NCBI GenBank assembly: GCA_051251855.1
Contig: JBPOGI010000001.1
Location: forward strand, 1,152,001-1,216,000
DNA length: 64,000 nucleotides
Reading direction: 5' to 3'
DNA from: Roseibacillus sp.
GTDB lineage: Bacteria; Verrucomicrobiota; Verrucomicrobiia; Verrucomicrobiales; Akkermansiaceae
The notes under the pieces: generated by a model
What the model was told of the DNA's origin: nothing
The model's database searches: none
What the model saw: the letters and a program-made list of their open reading frames with translations, nothing else
In this document: in pieces, positions 27,974 to 38,508 of the stretch
Layout of the letters: every line of letters starts with the position of its first letter
Position numbering within the stretch: position 1 is the stretch's first letter
Program-made: the position numbers and the translations under genes

Positions 27974-28001
27974 AATCCGGTCGTCCTCGACCGGATTTTT
28001 T
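27974..28001 (+). terminator. Intrinsic terminator after hflKC
   Basis: Perfect stem AATCCGGTCG-TCCT-CGACCGGATT followed by a T-run. Confidence 0.85.
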
Positions 28002-28047
28002 ATGAGCGGCTATTCGCCTCCCCCCCCAGGCAGCCTAGAGAGCAGCG

Positions 28048-29418
28048 CTACTCCTCGTCGTCCAACCGAATCTGAAGATCCGAGAGAGCATTCATAAAAT
28101 ACAGATAAGCATCGTAAGGAGTCTCGTAAGGACGAAGTCGATCGTGAACTTTGCCAGCCTCCCCTTCAATGGTGCTCATGTAGTAGAAATGCTCCGCGGT
28201 CTGCATCTTCCGCCATTGGTGTAATAGTTCGGGATTGTTCTTCGACTTCACCAAATCTTCGATCACGAGAATCTTACGCCGGGCTTCCTCCTGCATCGCA
28301 TTCCCCTTCCATGCGGAAAGGTCCTTGGCTTCATGAGCCCAAGAGGTCGGTTCGTGGCAATCATACTCTCCCACTACCGGAAACTCCTCAGCAGCTTCCG
28401 AGACAGTCAAAAAGCGGCCTCCCAAGTCTTCCCATGCTCCTGGGAAGGCTTTGAAGAAATCGAAAATGCCCGTATCAACATCCTGATGCTGCCCAATGCT
28501 CTCGTAATCCATGAACAGATTGATCACTGCGCCACCGTTATCGTGGCACCAGCTCGCAAAAGTTTCTGCCATCAGCGGATGCTGCGGCCAAGCGTGGTTA
28601 CCAAATCGGAAAGCGAGATCATCAGTAAGGATTCCATTGCGGAGATGAGCCTTAATGGTTTCGCAGTTGGGCGAACGGTAAAGATAGTTTGCTTCGCGAC
28701 CACCAAGAACACGACCAACAGCCTCACCTAACATAGACTCGAACCCAAGACCTTCAACGTAAGCGGCCAACTCGTTATAATAAACACAGGCGGTGTGGCG
28801 GAAGGCTTTGGGAGTCGCTCCAAAAACCTCTTTCAGTTTCTCCATCTGCTTCTCAACTTGAGCAGCAAATTCCTTCTTGCTGCGGTGAAAACCAAGAGAG
28901 TGATAGTAGGTCTCCGCTACCATCTCAACGCCTCCCGTGGCATGGAGTTTTTGGAAACTTTCTAGAACATCGGGGCGCATCACCTCCAGTTGTTCAAGGA
29001 GCACCCCACTGACCGATAACGAAATCTTAAACTGTCCTCTTCCTTCTTCGATGAGCTGGGTCATCATTTTGTTTGCAGGAAGATAACACTTCTCGCAGGC
29101 CTCATCGAGAAGACGGCGATTGAGTTCGCCGTCCTCATAGAAAGGATCGTTGCCGATATCGAAGAAACTATATTCCTTGAGACGATTTGGCTGGTGGGCC
29201 TCAAAGAAGAAACAAATGGGCTGTAAATCTGGATTTGCTTTCACTGGTGTTTTTCTCTTTGAAGCTGACTGAGACTCTTTCTTTTCTGTAAAAGAGTCTT
29301 TTGATAACGAGGCTGGCTTGGTTGCCACCTTGTCCTTAGATGATGTCGAAACCTCTTCTGAAGAGGAGGAGCCTTGAGCAATGACCTTGCTCAGTCGTTT
29401 AATAAAACTTTTCATCAT
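28048..29418 (-). CDS. Glycoside hydrolase family 57 (alpha-amylase-like)
   Basis: FEAHQP, CYLPAN, ETYYHSL, LFMDYESIGQHQ, PYDAYLYFMNALSD. Confidence 0.88.
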   Translation of the reverse strand: MMKSFIKRLSKVIAQGSSSSEEVSTSSKDKVATKPASLSKDSFTEKKESQSASKRKTPVKANPDLQPICFFFEAHQPNRLKEYSFFDIGNDPFYEDGELNRRLLDEACEKCYLPANKMMTQLIEEGRGQFKISLSVSGVLLEQLEVMRPDVLESFQKLHATGGVEMVAETYYHSLGFHRSKKEFAAQVEKQMEKLKEVFGATPKAFRHTACVYYNELAAYVEGLGFESMLGEAVGRVLGGREANYLYRSPNCETIKAHLRNGILTDDLAFRFGNHAWPQHPLMAETFASWCHDNGGAVINLFMDYESIGQHQDVDTGIFDFFKAFPGAWEDLGGRFLTVSEAAEEFPVVGEYDCHEPTSWAHEAKDLSAWKGNAMQEEARRKILVIEDLVKSKNNPELLHQWRKMQTAEHFYYMSTIEGEAGKVHDRLRPYETPYDAYLYFMNALSDLQIRLDDEE

Positions 29419-29422
29419 GGTT

Positions 29423-30775
29423 CTAGTTGTTGATTCCAAGTTGGTCACGATAGAGTTCAATAATACGCTCCGTGGCCGCTTCCCAAGTGCAGTTCTTTTG
29501 ATCCTCTAACGAGTGCTGAATCGCTTCTTCCCTCGCTTTAGGATCTGTCAAAAGCTCGTTAATATGGTCGGCCATCATGTTGACGTCCCAAAAATCAGCG
29601 TGACGTGCATGGGTCATCACTTCCGCAACTCCGGACTGTTTGGAAATTACCGCCGGGATGCCATATTGAGCCGCCTCAATGGCAGAAAGACCAAAAGGCT
29701 CACTCACTGAGGGCATACAATAAACATCCGTCATCGAGAGGAGTTTGTTCACCTTCTCTTTATTAAGGAAGCCCGTGAAATGAAGCCGATCACCCACATC
29801 TTTGAACGCTCCGTATTCGATAAGTTCCTTCATCCTCTCCCCTGTTCCCGCCATCACGAAATAAACTTCAGGATTCTTCTCGATCACCTTCGCCGCAATC
29901 TCGAGGAAGAATTTCGGCCCTTTCTGCCCAGTCAAACGACCGAGAAAGAGGACCAAACCATGCTTGAAGGGACTCTCACTTCGGAACGTATCTACCGGAT
30001 CCGCGCCATTGTGAACGAAGTGAACCTTCGCGGGGTCAATGCCGTAGTGCCCGGTGCAAATGGTTCCTGTATAGCGACTCACCGGAATCACGAGGTCGGC
30101 AGCTTCCATGGCGCTCTTTTCAATATCAAAAATCCATCCCCGAGCATCCGGGCCGCCACGGTCATAGTTGAGAGAATGAACATGAAGCACGAGCGGTTTA
30201 CCGGTGCGCTTCTTAATTTCCATTCCCGCCACAAAGGTCATCCAGTCGTGGGCATGAACAATATCGAAGTCCATATCTTCAGCGAGTGATGCTGCCACCT
30301 GCGCATAGGCCCAAACTCGCTCCCCCACATCTTCCCCATAAAGAGTGTCCTCACGGAACATCGCCAGACGCTCGTCGAGCCCCACAGCCTTGAGTCGGTC
30401 GATGACCTTTTCTCCTGCCAGCGTCTTCTTGGTCTTTTCAACCGTTTCCTTCGAGACCTCATCGCGTCCAACCGCTTTCTCAACCTCTTCCAATTGATAA
30501 GGCAAAAGTCGCGAAGCAACCTCCCCTTCGATCCACTTTACGTTAGCGACATCGGCGAGACTCTTTTCAACGCGGTCTCGATCCACCGAGCGATCATCGA
30601 GATGATTCAGACCAATGAGTTCCAGTTGATCCACTAGAAAAGCCGGGTCCACTTTTGGCAAAATAAAGCTGAGTTCCACCTGCTGTGCCATCGCTCGACC
30701 AAGCCCTAAACAAGCAATGCCAAGACCTCCGTTAATCAATGGGGGGAATTCCCAACCCAACATTAGTACTTTCAT
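29423..30775 (-). CDS. GT4 glycosyltransferase (glycogen-synthase-like)
   Basis: MKVLMLGWEFPP..GGLG, HAHDWMT, GRLTGQKG, PSVSEPFGLSAIEA. Confidence 0.92.
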   Translation of the reverse strand: MKVLMLGWEFPPLINGGLGIACLGLGRAMAQQVELSFILPKVDPAFLVDQLELIGLNHLDDRSVDRDRVEKSLADVANVKWIEGEVASRLLPYQLEEVEKAVGRDEVSKETVEKTKKTLAGEKVIDRLKAVGLDERLAMFREDTLYGEDVGERVWAYAQVAASLAEDMDFDIVHAHDWMTFVAGMEIKKRTGKPLVLHVHSLNYDRGGPDARGWIFDIEKSAMEAADLVIPVSRYTGTICTGHYGIDPAKVHFVHNGADPVDTFRSESPFKHGLVLFLGRLTGQKGPKFFLEIAAKVIEKNPEVYFVMAGTGERMKELIEYGAFKDVGDRLHFTGFLNKEKVNKLLSMTDVYCMPSVSEPFGLSAIEAAQYGIPAVISKQSGVAEVMTHARHADFWDVNMMADHINELLTDPKAREEAIQHSLEDQKNCTWEAATERIIELYRDQLGINN

Positions 30776-30941
30776 AGTTCCTTTGCGCTTAGTGCGTCGC
30801 TGCACTGTCGTCGTCCAACGCAGTTTCCGCGCCAGCCGCTTGATCCTATGTCAAAATATTTGCAAACCTTTTTCGAGATTTATTACGTTCGCATGTCTCG
30901 ACACTGGCCTAGCTCATGCTAATGCCTTCTCCAGAAACTGT

Positions 30942-33386
30942 ATGAGCGACAATTACGAAGCAGAGCAGGAAGAGCCCCAAGCCTTCGAAAAGGAGAACTA
31001 CATGGACTCCGCCAAGAAGGAAGAAGCGAGAGATCTCTTTCCTGGCGAGGTGCTTGAAGTTGCCCAGAGTGAAGGTCGCACGATCCTTTCCTGTGACAAC
31101 AAAGTGAAGATGTCGGTCAGTGCTTTCACCGACGAAATTCTTCACTTTAAATTCGCTCCCGATGGTCATCTCGGCGACGGCTTTTCCTATGCAGCCTTGC
31201 CCGAAAATTTCCCGAAAAAAACAGCTCCCGAATTGTCAAAGAAGGATGACTTTTTCCATCTTTCAACCAAGTCTCTCCAAGCCAAAATTTCACAGAAAGG
31301 ACTCCTCTTAACTATTTCCGATTCCGAAGGAAATGTCATGAGTGAGGATGATGAAAAAGGATTCCATTGGGAGCCTAATCAAGCCTTCGGAGGCAACATC
31401 GTGCAATGCTCTCGCCGCATCCAGCCTCGTGAGCATTTCTATGGCTTGGGCGACAAGTCTTGCCACCCCGAAATTCGCGGACGTCGCTTCGAGCTCTGGG
31501 GCTCGGACACCTACGCCTACGGCTCCGAAACAGACCCTCTCTATAAGAATGTCCCCTTCTTCATCGGCATTCACCATGGCCGCGCATACGGTATCTTTTT
31601 TGACAATACCCACCGCTCCTTTTTTGACTTTGGTAAGGAGCGTAAGGACACCTCCACCTTTTGGGCTCAAGGAGGCATGATGGACTACTACTATCTCCAT
31701 GGACCCACCGTCGCGGACGTGGTGCGTAATTTCGCCAAACTCACAGGTGTTCCCGAGCTGCCACCGCTTTGGTCCCTAGGCTTCCACCAATGCAAGTGGT
31801 CTTACAAAACGGAGAAGGAGTTCACCGAACTCGCCAAAGGGTTCCTCGACAACAAGATCCCCTGCGATGCCCTCTATGTCGACATCGACTACATGGACGG
31901 CTTCCGCTGCTTCACATGGAACCTCGAGTCCTTCCCTAAGCCCGGAGAAATGATTCGCGACTTAGAAGAAAAAGGCTTCAAAACCGTCGCCATCATCGAC
32001 CCCGGTATCAAGGTCGACCCCGGCTACTTCGTCTATGACGAAGGCATCGCTGGCGACCACTTCTGCCGTCAAATGGATGGCGATGTCTACACCGGCCAAG
32101 TCTGGCCTGGCGACTGTCATTTCCCGGATTTCACCAAACCTTCCGTGCGCGATTGGTGGTCCGGCTTGTTCGGCGGCCTCATTAAAGAGGACGGTATTGC
32201 GGGCATTTGGAATGACATGAACGAGCCTGCCGACTTCAACGAAGATAAAACCTTCCCTCGGCACATTCGGCACGACTTCGACGGCCACCCTTGCTCCCAT
32301 CGCAAGGCCCACAATATCTACGGCACTCAGATGATTCGAGCGACCCGCGAGGGCCTTATGAAATTCAACGATGGCAAGCGTCCCTTTGCCATCACCCGCT
32401 CTGCCTACGCGGGAGCTTGGCGCTACGCATCTGCTTGGACGGGCGACAACATTTCCACTTGGGAACATTTGCAAATGGCCAACATCCAGTGCCAGCGACT
32501 CAACCTTTCCGGATACAGCTTTGTCGGCTCAGATATCGGCGGCTTCCTCGACAAGACCAATGGCGAGCTGTTCACGCGCTGGATTCAGCTCGGCATCTTC
32601 CACCCCTTCTGCCGCGTTCACTCTTCTGGTGAGCATGGCAACCAAGAGCCTTGGTCCTTCGGCGAGCCCTACACCTCCATCGTTCGTAAGTTTATCGAGC
32701 TCCGCTACCGACTCCTTCCCTACTTCTACACCGCCTTCCATCAGCATATCGAGACCGGCGATCCCATCCTTCGCCCCCTGCTCTACCTCGATCACCTCGA
32801 CACCGAGACCTTCCACCGCGCTGACGAGTTCGCCGTGGGTGACAATATCTTTGTCTGCCCAATCTCTGAAAAAGGAGGAGTGGGCCGCTGGATGTATCTC
32901 ACCAAAGGAAATTACTACAACTACTGGACCGACGATCTCGTTCCGGGAGGCGAAGAGATCTTCTGCGCTGCTGAACTCGACCAAACCCCCTTCTTCATTC
33001 GTGCTGGTGCCGTGATTCCCATCGATCCAGTCCGCCAATATTCTTGGGAAGAAGTCGACGAGCCCCAAGAGCATCACTTCTACCTACCCACTGAAGACTG
33101 CGGAAAAGTAGAGTCCAAGCTCTATGCCGACTCAGGAGACCACTACGAGTATCAAAAGGGAGTTTATGCCTTGGCGACCTTCACTGCCGAAAGAACATCG
33201 GCAGAGGCAGACAAAGTCTCTCTCACTGTCACCCGCGAAGGCGACTTCCCTCTTCCTCCCACCAGACTCCACCTTCATGGGCTCGCAAAAGAGCCCAAAT
33301 CCATCACGATCGACGGAAAGAAGTGCCCCGTGGGAGACGTGGTCGAACTCCCCTCAAACTATACTCTTGTTGAGATCACGTTCTAA
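30942..33386 (+). CDS. Glycoside hydrolase family 31 alpha-glucosidase
   Basis: DIDYMD, WNDMNEP nucleophile, WTGDN, GSDIGGF. ATG 30942 preferred because the 30717 start overlaps the GT4 gene. Confidence 0.95.
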   Translation: MSDNYEAEQEEPQAFEKENYMDSAKKEEARDLFPGEVLEVAQSEGRTILSCDNKVKMSVSAFTDEILHFKFAPDGHLGDGFSYAALPENFPKKTAPELSKKDDFFHLSTKSLQAKISQKGLLLTISDSEGNVMSEDDEKGFHWEPNQAFGGNIVQCSRRIQPREHFYGLGDKSCHPEIRGRRFELWGSDTYAYGSETDPLYKNVPFFIGIHHGRAYGIFFDNTHRSFFDFGKERKDTSTFWAQGGMMDYYYLHGPTVADVVRNFAKLTGVPELPPLWSLGFHQCKWSYKTEKEFTELAKGFLDNKIPCDALYVDIDYMDGFRCFTWNLESFPKPGEMIRDLEEKGFKTVAIIDPGIKVDPGYFVYDEGIAGDHFCRQMDGDVYTGQVWPGDCHFPDFTKPSVRDWWSGLFGGLIKEDGIAGIWNDMNEPADFNEDKTFPRHIRHDFDGHPCSHRKAHNIYGTQMIRATREGLMKFNDGKRPFAITRSAYAGAWRYASAWTGDNISTWEHLQMANIQCQRLNLSGYSFVGSDIGGFLDKTNGELFTRWIQLGIFHPFCRVHSSGEHGNQEPWSFGEPYTSIVRKFIELRYRLLPYFYTAFHQHIETGDPILRPLLYLDHLDTETFHRADEFAVGDNIFVCPISEKGGVGRWMYLTKGNYYNYWTDDLVPGGEEIFCAAELDQTPFFIRAGAVIPIDPVRQYSWEEVDEPQEHHFYLPTEDCGKVESKLYADSGDHYEYQKGVYALATFTAERTSAEADKVSLTVTREGDFPLPPTRLHLHGLAKEPKSITIDGKKCPVGDVVELPSNYTLVEITF

Positions 33387-33573
33387 GGTGTATGGCAGGC
33401 TAGGAGGCCCTCGTTCTTGTAGGATTTGGGCTCTCGCCCTCTTCTTTTTTAAAAAAATCGCATATTAGTTAAGGTTCCCTAAAAAGGTTAAGACTCGAAA
33501 CCCCCGCATTCCTTGGCTTTTTCCATAACAAGTCGCCAAATGCCCCCGAGGCTTGCTTTAATCAGCATAGATT

Positions 33574-33666
33574 TGAGTTCAACCTGAACTAAGGAAAGCC
33601 AGCTTTAGGCTGATTTCCTCCCAAATCAGTCCCCAATCACCAGCCCCCCTGTTTGTTCACCCATTT
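33574..33666 (+). promoter_or_regulatory. Conserved leader, copy 1
   Basis: TGAGTTCAACCTGAAC, stem GCTGATTT/AAATCAGT and AATCA..GCCCCCC..TTTGTTCACCC shared with 38509-38608. Confidence 0.55.
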
Positions 33667-36600
33667 ATGAAAGCAATCACTGCGTATTGTAGGCACCTCC
33701 TGTTCGCGAGTTGCCTTTTCCTCCCTTTGGCTCAAGCACAAGAGGTCGTCTGGACTTCCGGAGTCACCGCCAAGGTCTTCGACATTCAGGAATCGATGGA
33801 CCGCGTCTATGAACTCGTTCCCAACCAGACTCCCAATGTCGACCAAGTGCGGCCCACCATCGACTTTGGTAACGGCTCCTTTGTCGATCCCACCATCGGG
33901 CAAGATTACGCCGACTTCTTTCTGGTAAAGATCTCCGCTGAAGTCTTCGCCGCCACCTCGGGAACCTACACCTTCGAGCTCGAAAGTGATGACGGCAGCA
34001 TTCTCTATTTTGACCAAGAAATCGTCTGTGACAACGATGGCACCCACGGCCCCGAGACCGTCAGCGGCACTCGCTACCTCGATGCCGGTTGGCACGAGTT
34101 TAATATCACCGCTTTCAACGATGTCGGCGACTTCAAGCTTCAGCTGCGCTGGATTCAACCCGGACAGTCGAACGCGAGCATCATTCCCCAATCTGACTTA
34201 CGCACCGACAACAACGTCGTTCGAGTGATAGCCCCGGGAAAAAAATTCATTCTCAACAACGGTGACCTCAGCCCCGGCACCAGACTACCCGTTTCGGACA
34301 TTCACCCTTCATGGGAGCTCACCACCATTCGTCCCGACGACTTCGAGCCCCAAGTGGGAGCGATGACTCTCGCTAACGAGGACACCCTCTACCTTGGCAC
34401 CTTCGAGCCCAACCAGCAGGACGACACTGGCTTCGATGCCAAAGCCAAGGTCTGGCGTGTCGACAATGTCAACGGCGATCCTGCCAACGTCACCTACACC
34501 CAAGTTGCCGGGTCCCAGCTTGCGGGCACCACTTCTCTCACCGAAGTGACTGGGCTCGAGTGGTTCAATGGCGAGCTCTTTCTCGCCGAGCGCACCGGCA
34601 TCTTCCGCATGGTCGATGACAACGGGGACGGACTCTTCGAAGACAAAGAACTCATCGGCGATTCCTGGGACTGGGACAACTTTCACCAATTCCCCTTCAG
34701 CCTGAAACATCGCACTGAAGAAGACGGTGACTACCTCTACGGAGCCCTCTCCGTCGCCATCAGTTTGGGCGGCAACAGCGACTCCAATCGCGACGACTAT
34801 CGCGGTTCCGTCTTCCGTCTCAAAATCCCAGCACGCGGCCAAGGTAACGACGTCGAGTATCTCGCAGGAGGCTTCCGCACCCCTAACGGAGTCGGCTTCG
34901 GCCCTGAGGGCGGACTCTTTGTGACCGATAACCAGGGCGCATGGAATCCCTCTAACAGCCTCGTTCATGTCGTGCCCGGCCGCTTCTACGGCCACTTCAA
35001 CCCCACCGATGTTTGGCCGCAACCAGACGACTATGTCCCAGTCCCTGGGCGCTTCGAAGACCAGCCGATTTCACCCAAGACAGTTCATTTCCCTCAAAAC
35101 GAAGTCTCCAACTCCCCCAGCGATATTCTTGCACTCGAAGAAGGTCCTTTCGCCGGACAACTTCTCGTGGGCGAACTCACCGCGGGAGGTATTCGCCGTG
35201 TCTTTCTCGAAGAAGTCGGAGGCGAGTTTCAAGGAGCTCTCTTCCGCCACTCTCAAGGATTCGAAGCTGGGGTCAATCGTCTCCGTCTTTCCGACGATGG
35301 TTCCATCTACGTGGGCTGTATGGGCTCCAACGGTGGCTGGTCTTACCAAGATTTAGTTTACGGCCTGCAACGAATGCAGCCAAAAGCAGATGCACCAACA
35401 GTCTTCGAAATCAAAACGGTCAAAGCACTGAAGACTGGCATTGAGGTCGAGTTTACCAAGCCCGTCCCTACCGCCCTCCTCGGCAACGTGGATAGCTACT
35501 TCGTGCAACAATGGCGCTATCTCCCCACCGAAAATTACGGCGGCCCCAAAATTGATCTAAAAGAACTCCCCATCACAGCCACCGCAATCTCCGGTAATCG
35601 TCAGCGGGTCCAGCTCACTCTGCCCGAGATGGAAGCAGGCCATGTCATCTACCTCCGCACCGGCATTCGCGATGACTCCGGCGAAAACCTCTGGAGTGGA
35701 GAAGCCTGGTATACCATGAACCAAATCCCCGACACGGCGCCGCCATCCCTCGGTGTTGGCGAATGGGTCGACCTCTTCAATGGAGAAAACCTTGATGGTT
35801 GGCGCGCCTTTAAAGGAGGAGCCCTTCCTGAACGTTGGACCGTGCAGGATGGAGTCCTCACTCTTGACCCCGACCTACCCGGCGAAGTCACCGACATCGT
35901 CACCGAGCAGAGCTATGACGACTTCGAATTCGAGATGGAGTGGAAAGTTGAGCCCGACCAAAACTCAGGACTCTTCATCCGTTTGAGCGAGCAATACAAT
36001 CAAATCTGGGAAGGCGGACCCGAGATGCAAATCGTCGATGACGAACTCAATATCGACGGTCAAAACGACATCACTCGCGCAGGTGCCATCTACAACCTCT
36101 ACCCCTTCCCCGCTGGTTCCTCCAATTCCGCTAATACTTGGAACCAGGTGCGCATCATCGCCGATGGAACTCAGACCAGCTACTACCTCAATGATGACCT
36201 AGTCGCCTCCTTTGACGTGGAGAGCGCCGATTACTGGAGCCGCGTGCAAGCCTCCAACTTCAATTACATTCCCGACTTTGGTCGCCTCCCATCGGGGCCA
36301 ATCGGCTTTCAAGACTACAATAACCACGTTCAATACCGAAACATTCGTATCCGCTCCCTGAATGGCATTATTGTTCCAGATCCCGATCCCAATCCTGACC
36401 CCAATCCAGATCCCGACCCCGATCCAGATCCAAATCCAGATCCTAACCCCGACCCAGATCCGGAGCCCAATCCAGACCCCTCCACCTTGACCGATGGCTT
36501 CTTGCGCTTCGAGCTCGAAGAAGGAGTGCTCGCCAACGGGGCAGAGTTCAGCAACGAAGACCCAGGCTTCAGTGCCGACGGCTTTGTGGGCAGTTGGGAC

Positions 36601-38265
36601 GGAATCGATGACAACGAGACAGTCACGGCCACGATCGACATCACCGTAGCTGGCCTCCATCAAATCGTGCTTCGCTATGGTCGCGGAACCTGGTCTGGTT
36701 TCGGTCAGCTCATCGGTGAAGGACAGATCGAACTTCTCGTTGATGGCGCTCTCCTCGAGACCGTCATCCTGAACACCTCCCCCGAGTGGACTGATTGGCA
36801 AGACTCGGCAACCATCCCCCTCCAGTTGGAGGCAGGAACCCACACCATCACCTGGCGCAATCCCTACTCCACCTCTTCCGACAAAGGCCTAGGTATAGCC
36901 AACTTAGATTATTTTGACCTCAGCTTCTTAGAAGGCTCAAATCCCGACCCCGACCCCGACCCCGACCCAGATCCAGATCCAGATCCCAACCCTGATCCTG
37001 ATCCAACCCCCGACCCAGATCCGGAGGCTCCCGCTCTGGTCGATGGCTTTTTACGCTTCGAGCTCGAAGAAGGAGTTCTTTCTAACGGGGCTCAGTTGAG
37101 CGACGGAGATCCCGGCTTCAGTGGCAGTGGTTTTGTCGCCAGTTGGGACGGTATTGGTGACAACGAAGAAGTCTCGGCAATCTTCAACGTTATTGAAGCT
37201 GGCTCCCATCAAATTGTTCTTCGCTACGGTCGCGGCACTTGGTCAGGCCTCGGTCAGCTCGTTGGCTCAGGAGAAGTCGAACTCTTGATCGACGGTGTCC
37301 TGGCTCAATCCGTCGCCCTCAACACCAGCGCTGAATGGACAGATTGGCAAGACTCCGCAGTCGTCCCTCTGCAACTGGAGGCAGGAACCCACATCATTAC
37401 TTTGCGAAATCCCCATTCTTCCTCAGCCGACAAAGCCCTTGGGGTCGCCAACTTCGATTACTTGGACATCACTTTCGATGGCGAGATTCCCCCTCCGCCA
37501 CCCGAACCAGAGCCTAACATCCTCCGCCTCGAATTCGAAGACGGCACACCAAGCAACGGAGCCACGGTGAGCAGTATCCACCCCGGCTACAGCGGCTCTG
37601 GCTTCATCACAGGATGGGAGCAAATCGGTAGTAACGAAGAGGTCGCGCTGACTTTTTCTGCCCCCTTCACCGGAAATTACCAATTTCTATTTCGCTATGC
37701 CCGTAGTTCTGACTCTTTGGTAGGCCCCCTCACCGGTGACGGTGAAGTGGATCTTCAAATCGATGGCAATTGGGCTCAATCCTTTACCTTAACCACGCAA
37801 GCAAGCTGGACGGACTGGCAAGAAAGCGCGGTCAGCACTGTTCATCTCACCCAAGGAAGTCACGTCATCACCTTCCGCAATCCTTACGATGCAGCCCCAA
37901 ACAAACAAAAAGGAGTAGCCAATTTCGACTACCTGCAAATCACCTCCCCGGATGAAAACGAAACCCTTCCCTTTTCAGGACCGCTTGTTCCTACTTTGGA
38001 GAGCATTTCCATGACTCAGACCGATTCCGCCCCCCTTCCCCCGTATTCGGTTGAGATCCTGCGAGGAACTCTTTCCGCCAACATCCTGACTGAAGCAGGG
38101 ATCTCCTATGACCTGCTCTACTCAACAGACCTCTCGAACTGGTATACCCTCGCCAGTTTTGTGGGAGATGGCACTCGCAAAGAAGCCCAAGTCGCCAACT
38201 TCCTCCCTGACGCCTCTGAGGCCTTCTTCTCTCTCCGTTTGCAACCGGCCAGTGCCTTTGAGTAG
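33667..38265 (+). CDS. Secreted multidomain protein: PA14, beta-propeller, DUF1080, 3 CBM35/CBM6-like modules, C-terminal domain
   Basis: Signal peptide; GTYTFELESDDGS (PA14); GFRTPNGVG..TDNQG.W (sugar-dehydrogenase-like propeller); LFNGENLDGW..NSG..GPEMQI..GPIGFQD..YRNIRI (DUF1080); three E.E.G..G.SG.GF..LRY..LEAG.H..N.DY modules. Confidence 0.88.
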   Translation: MKAITAYCRHLLFASCLFLPLAQAQEVVWTSGVTAKVFDIQESMDRVYELVPNQTPNVDQVRPTIDFGNGSFVDPTIGQDYADFFLVKISAEVFAATSGTYTFELESDDGSILYFDQEIVCDNDGTHGPETVSGTRYLDAGWHEFNITAFNDVGDFKLQLRWIQPGQSNASIIPQSDLRTDNNVVRVIAPGKKFILNNGDLSPGTRLPVSDIHPSWELTTIRPDDFEPQVGAMTLANEDTLYLGTFEPNQQDDTGFDAKAKVWRVDNVNGDPANVTYTQVAGSQLAGTTSLTEVTGLEWFNGELFLAERTGIFRMVDDNGDGLFEDKELIGDSWDWDNFHQFPFSLKHRTEEDGDYLYGALSVAISLGGNSDSNRDDYRGSVFRLKIPARGQGNDVEYLAGGFRTPNGVGFGPEGGLFVTDNQGAWNPSNSLVHVVPGRFYGHFNPTDVWPQPDDYVPVPGRFEDQPISPKTVHFPQNEVSNSPSDILALEEGPFAGQLLVGELTAGGIRRVFLEEVGGEFQGALFRHSQGFEAGVNRLRLSDDGSIYVGCMGSNGGWSYQDLVYGLQRMQPKADAPTVFEIKTVKALKTGIEVEFTKPVPTALLGNVDSYFVQQWRYLPTENYGGPKIDLKELPITATAISGNRQRVQLTLPEMEAGHVIYLRTGIRDDSGENLWSGEAWYTMNQIPDTAPPSLGVGEWVDLFNGENLDGWRAFKGGALPERWTVQDGVLTLDPDLPGEVTDIVTEQSYDDFEFEMEWKVEPDQNSGLFIRLSEQYNQIWEGGPEMQIVDDELNIDGQNDITRAGAIYNLYPFPAGSSNSANTWNQVRIIADGTQTSYYLNDDLVASFDVESADYWSRVQASNFNYIPDFGRLPSGPIGFQDYNNHVQYRNIRIRSLNGIIVPDPDPNPDPNPDPDPDPDPNPDPNPDPDPEPNPDPSTLTDGFLRFELEEGVLANGAEFSNEDPGFSADGFVGSWDGIDDNETVTATIDITVAGLHQIVLRYGRGTWSGFGQLIGEGQIELLVDGALLETVILNTSPEWTDWQDSATIPLQLEAGTHTITWRNPYSTSSDKGLGIANLDYFDLSFLEGSNPDPDPDPDPDPDPDPNPDPDPTPDPDPEAPALVDGFLRFELEEGVLSNGAQLSDGDPGFSGSGFVASWDGIGDNEEVSAIFNVIEAGSHQIVLRYGRGTWSGLGQLVGSGEVELLIDGVLAQSVALNTSAEWTDWQDSAVVPLQLEAGTHIITLRNPHSSSADKALGVANFDYLDITFDGEIPPPPPEPEPNILRLEFEDGTPSNGATVSSIHPGYSGSGFITGWEQIGSNEEVALTFSAPFTGNYQFLFRYARSSDSLVGPLTGDGEVDLQIDGNWAQSFTLTTQASWTDWQESAVSTVHLTQGSHVITFRNPYDAAPNKQKGVANFDYLQITSPDENETLPFSGPLVPTLESISMTQTDSAPLPPYSVEILRGTLSANILTEAGISYDLLYSTDLSNWYTLASFVGDGTRKEAQVANFLPDASEAFFSLRLQPASAFE
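36376..36480 (+). repeat. (Pro-Asp/Asn)n linker repeat
   Basis: Degenerate 6-bp units encoding PDPDPNPD; a second tract lies at about 36941-37026. Confidence 0.9.
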
Positions 38266-38508
38266 CAATTTCCCTTGGCCCGATGCCATCGGTTTTCCTT
38301 CGGACAGTTCACCACTCGAAATCGAACAAGAGCCTTCAAATAGGAACCCTCGTTAGTGGAAAACCGACGGAACAGCACTGAATTATAAAAAAAACGCAGT
38401 TTAGTTCGGAAAACTTTATTAAACAGAACCTGAAATTCGGCCTTATCCTTAGGATTTTTAAACATTACTCCAAAAATGGATAGTTCTTTAATAAGGTAGG
38501 CCTCGATG

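Noticed and set aside
33560..33625. Faint likeness of the leader to a fluoride riboswitch (GAT..GAGTTC..GCTGAT)
   Set aside because: The 3' GACnCCU pseudoknot partner is absent and the gene context does not fit.
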